From contig OZ024754.1 of NCBI GenBank assembly GCA_964016885.1, positions 32,860,001 through 32,924,000 of the forward strand: DNA of 64,000 nt, given 5' to 3'. The position numbers were made by a program, and so were the translations under genes. The stretch is from Eledone cirrhosa. Taxonomy: Eukaryota. The notes under the pieces are model-generated. The model saw only the letters and a program-made list of their open reading frames with translations. It did not search any database and was not told the origin of the DNA. Shown piece after piece: positions 59,374 through 64,000 of the stretch (positions within the stretch are counted from its first letter, which is position 1; every line of letters begins with the position of its first letter).

Positions 59374-60077
59374 CACTACTACCACTACTACTTTTCACCC
59401 TTATGACCAACACCAATACCACCACTACCTTCACTCTGGTATTTCCATTATAACCATCCTGATTACCACCACCAGCAATACCACCACTACTTTAAATAGC
59501 ACAACCATAACCACCACTACTAACACCACCACTACTCTAAACACCAACATTATCACCCCAAATACCACCACTACCCTAAACACCACCATAAACACCCCCA
59601 GTACCACCCCTACAATAACCACCACTACCCTAAACACCAACATTATCACCCCAAATACGACCACTACCCTAAACACCACCATTAACACCCCCAGTACCAC
59701 CCCTACAATAACCACCACTACCCTAAACACCAACATTATCACCCCAAATACGACCACTACCCTAAACACCACCATTAACACCCCCAGTACCACCCCTACA
59801 ATACCACCACCACCCTAAACACCAACATTATCACCCCCAAACAATATTAGCACCAAAATTAGGGGTGCTGCATCGGTAGTATTGGTAGAGCGTCCGACAA
59901 CATACTTTGTGGCATATAGTTTCGAGTTCAAATCCTACCGAGGTTAACTTTGCTTTTCATCCTTACGGGGGTCGATAAAATAAAGTACCAGTAATGCACT
60001 GGGGCACCATGTAATCGAATTTGCTCGCTTTCTCCAAAAATTGTTGTCCTCATGCCTAAATCAGAAACCATATTTTA

Positions 60078-60312
60078 ACCAACACAAAGGTACCCGACAC
60101 CAATACCACCCTAAATACTATAACAACCAACACAATGGTACCCGACACCAATACCACCCCTAAATACTATAACAACCAACACAAAGGTACCCGACACCAA
60201 TACCACCCCTAAATACTATAACAACCGACACTATACCTCCCCTAAATACTATAACAACCAACACAAAGGTACCCGACACCAATACCACCCCTAAATACTA
60301 TAACAACCAACA
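60078..60312. repeat. ~50-bp minisatellite
   Basis: CCAACACAAAGGTACCCGACACCAATACCACCCCTAAATACTATAACAA, about 4-5 copies. Confidence 0.85.
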
Positions 60313-61499
60313 TCACCAATACCAGAATCAGTCCCATCACTACCAAAATTAACAATCCCAAAATTACCATCAATATCATCGGTGGAGGGTCGTACAATAT
60401 GCTTTATGGCATAGTTACGGACCTTTACGATCTAAGTTCAAATACTGCCGAGGTAAGCTTTGCCTTTTATATTTACGGGGTCGATAAAAATAAGTTACCA
60501 GTAATGCACTGGGGTCGATTTAATCGACTTTCCCCCCTCCCCTCACCCAAAATTGTTGGTCTTGTGTCTAAATCAGAAACCAATATTATCACCAGAGTGA
60601 CAGTGTACAAGGCCGGACCTTTTAATTACAGGTGCAACTATTTTTTTTTTTTTTTTTTTCCAGCTGAGAGGGATAAAAATGTCTTGCAGAAAGACACATG
60701 GTGCTGCTGAGTGGAAGCCAGGGTCTTTCTATCGTGAACAGAACACCTTAACCACTAAGCTATGCACCTTTACAAGATAGATTTCTTTATTTGCCACAAG
60801 GGCGCACAAGAAATGGGACAATACAAAGACATATGGCGGGAGTTTTACAAGCAATCGTGTAAACAAAATGTTAACATAAAAATTCAACAATCGAAATCCC
60901 TAATAGTGGCGAGATGAGTGGTACTGTATATTGATGTTGTGTTGTGAGAGAGTGTTGGGAGAGAGAGAGAGAGAGATAGATGGGAGAGAGGGAGATAGAT
61001 GGGAGAGAGGCAGATAGAAGGGGAATAAGAGGGTGAGTGGGAGAGTTACAGATGGACAAATGAGAGGGAGTTAGAGGAGGGGGAAGACAAATAATAAACG
61101 TTTCACTTTTAATTCCAAATGTATCAATACCTCTAAAACAAGCGACCCCTCTTTCACCAGTGCATGTAGTGTATAAGGATTTCTGATTTAGGCACAAGAC
61201 CAACAATTTGGGACGTGGGGAAAAGTCGATTAAATCAACCCCAGTTCGTTACTGGTGCTTTATTTTATCGACCCCGTAAAGATGAAAGGCAAAGCTAACC
61301 TCGGCGGGATTTGAACACAGAACGTAAAGGGCCGTAACTCTATGCTGCAAAGCAGGGTGTCCAGCGCTCTACCGATATTGCCAATCCATAACAATAATAA
61401 AAAATAAACAAATCTAAACTCTCAGACTGAATCATTCCCTCTCAGACAGTCGAGTATGGTAGAATGTCTGAAACTATAAATATTTTTAGTATGATTTCA

Positions 61500-61597
61500 C
61501 ACACACATACAGACGTACACAGACAAACACACATATGTATATATACACACACACACACACACACACATACAGACGTACACAGGCAAACACACATATG

Positions 61598-61647
<50 letters not shown>

Positions 61648-62546
61648 GACGTACACAGACAAACACACATATGTATATATATATAAACACACACACACAC
61701 AGACGTACACACACACACACACACACCTACAGACGTACACAGACGTACAGACAAACACACATGTATATATATAAACACACACACACAGACGTACACAGAC
61801 AAACACATATGTATATATATAAACACACACACACACACACACACATATACATACGTACACAGACAAACACACATATGTATATATATAAACACACACACAC
61901 ACACACACAGACAAGCACACATATGTATATATATAAACACATACACACACACAGACGTACACAGACAAACACACATGTATATATATATATACATATATAT
62001 ATATAAACACACACACACACAGACATGTATATATATATATATATATATTCTATATAAATATAAATATTTTTAGTATGAATTCACACACATACACACACAC
62101 ATATACACTCACAGACGTACACAAACAGGCACACATGGGTATATATATATATATATGTGTGTGTGTGTGGAGATGTATGTGTATGTGCATGTGTGTGGAC
62201 ACAGACAGGCTGATATATATATATATGTATATATGTGTGTGTATATATATATATATATATGTATATGTGGATATGTATGTGCATGTGTGTGTACACAGAC
62301 AGACTTATATATATATCTATATGTGTTGTGTATATATATGTGTATGTGTATGTGTATGTACACAGACAGACTGATATATATATATGTATATGTGTGTGTA
62401 TATATATATAGATATGGATATGTATGTGTATGTGTGTGTACACAGACAGACTGATATATATATATGTATATGTGTGTGTGTGTGTATATATATATGGTTA
62501 TGTATGTATATGTGCATGTGTGTGTACACAGACAGACTGATATATA

Positions 62547-62595
<49 letters not shown>

Positions 62596-63030
62596 GTATA
62601 TGTGGATATGTATGTGTATGTGTATGTGTGTGTACACAGACAGACTGATATATATATATGTATATATGTGTGTGTGTATATATATATATGGATATATATG
62701 TGTATGTGTATGTGCGTGTACACAGACAGACTGATATATATATATGTATATGTGTGTGTGTGTGTGTGTATATATATATGGATATATATGGATATGTGTA
62801 TGTGTGTGTACACAGACAGACTGATATATATATATGTATATGTGTGTGTGTGTATATATATATATGGATATGTATGTATATGTGTATGTGTGTGTACACA
62901 GACAGACTGATATATATATATATGTATATGTGTGTGTGTGTATATATATATATATCTATATATATATGGATATATATGTATATGTGCATGTGTGTGTACA
63001 CAGACAGACTGATATATATATATATGTATA

Positions 63031-63073
<43 letters not shown>

Positions 63074-63110
63074 TTATGTATGTATATGTGCATGTGTGTG
63101 TACACAGACA
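61500..63110. repeat. Two compound CA/TA minisatellite arrays anchored on GTACACAGACA
   Basis: Repeated CAGACGTACACAGACAAACACACATATG (61500-62020) and GTACACAGACAGACTGATATA (62200-63110). Confidence 0.85.
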
Positions 63111-64000
63111 AGACAAGTAAAAAACAACAAAGAAATCAATGGTGGAAAAATCAAAAAGAAGACTTTTCGAGGAACTCTATTTTTGACATTTCAATTGTAA
63201 ATATAAATCATTAGACCGCAACAACAACAACAACAACAATAGTAAAACACAACAACAACCACAACAACAACATCATGAATAATAATTGTTTCTACTTTTG
63301 GCACAAGGCCAGCAATTACCCCAGTGCATTACTGGTACTTTATTTTATCGACCCTGTAATAATTGTTTCGACTTTTGGCACAAGGCCAGCAATTACCCAG
63401 TGCATTACTGGTACTTTATGCACCGGGTAATTGCTGGCCTTGTGCCAAAACTAAAAACAATTATTATTCATGATATTGTTGTTGATGTGTTTTTACTGTT
63501 GTTGTTGTTGTTGTGGTCGTTTTGTTGCTTTAGTCATTAGACTGCGTTTATGCTTTATGTTGACATCAGTAATTTTTATTTTTAAGTCAGGTACTTAATT
63601 TATCGATCTCTGTTTGTCGACTCGTTAGGTTACGTGGTATAAACGCTGGCACAAACACAGATGTTGACGTAAAACACTGTATATTTAGGTGCTGCCTTTC
63701 CGTTCCTGATTAAAGAAGAAACGATGGACAAGTTCCCAGACCTAACTCGCCTACTGAATCGGGTAGAACTCGTTAAATCGGACCGAAGAAACAATGTTTC
63801 CATTGGTCTTTCCATTGCTGATACTGTACTATCTACCGATCGCAACTCCTGACAGAAAGAGCAACGTGAAATAGGACATAACGCATTGCCCGGTTCGGTA
63901 ATCGAACCTGCAGTCTCACAATTGCGAACCCATGTCTCTAACCACTTAGCAACTGCCTTCATAAACTGCAAAAAACAAAACAAAAAGCCGCTGACTATAT

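Overview
Eukaryotic, AT-rich and dominated by microsatellites and SINEs. The repeat landscape resembles a coleoid cephalopod (Octopus-like); this is recognition, not a database result. The one convincing protein-coding gene is a Fez-family zinc-finger transcription factor (Fezf/earmuff-like) on the minus strand. Its probable CDS is 50508..48472, with an eh1 motif and six C2H2 fingers in a single coding exon. Nearly all other ORFs in the track are microsatellite artefacts. The window also holds tRNA-derived SINEs, MITEs (Tc1/mariner, pogo, hAT, piggyBac), degenerate RTE-type LINE fragments, minisatellites, and a ~4-5 kb near-identical duplication across a 200-N gap that is probably an assembly or haplotype artefact. 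The most striking signal is a set of at least 12 short non-coding insertions from several unrelated sequence families, nearly all inside (TA)n tracts. They share one architecture: an inverted arm ending at a fixed internal TA-rich site, a junction, then a forward arm with an extra tail, often forming a long palindrome. One family (4 loci, 5 motif copies) carries a type-I minimal hammerhead ribozyme with compensatory base changes, and other families show hammerhead-like cores. I interpret these as non-autonomous Penelope-like retroelements that target (TA)n and integrate by a twin-priming-like fold-back mechanism.
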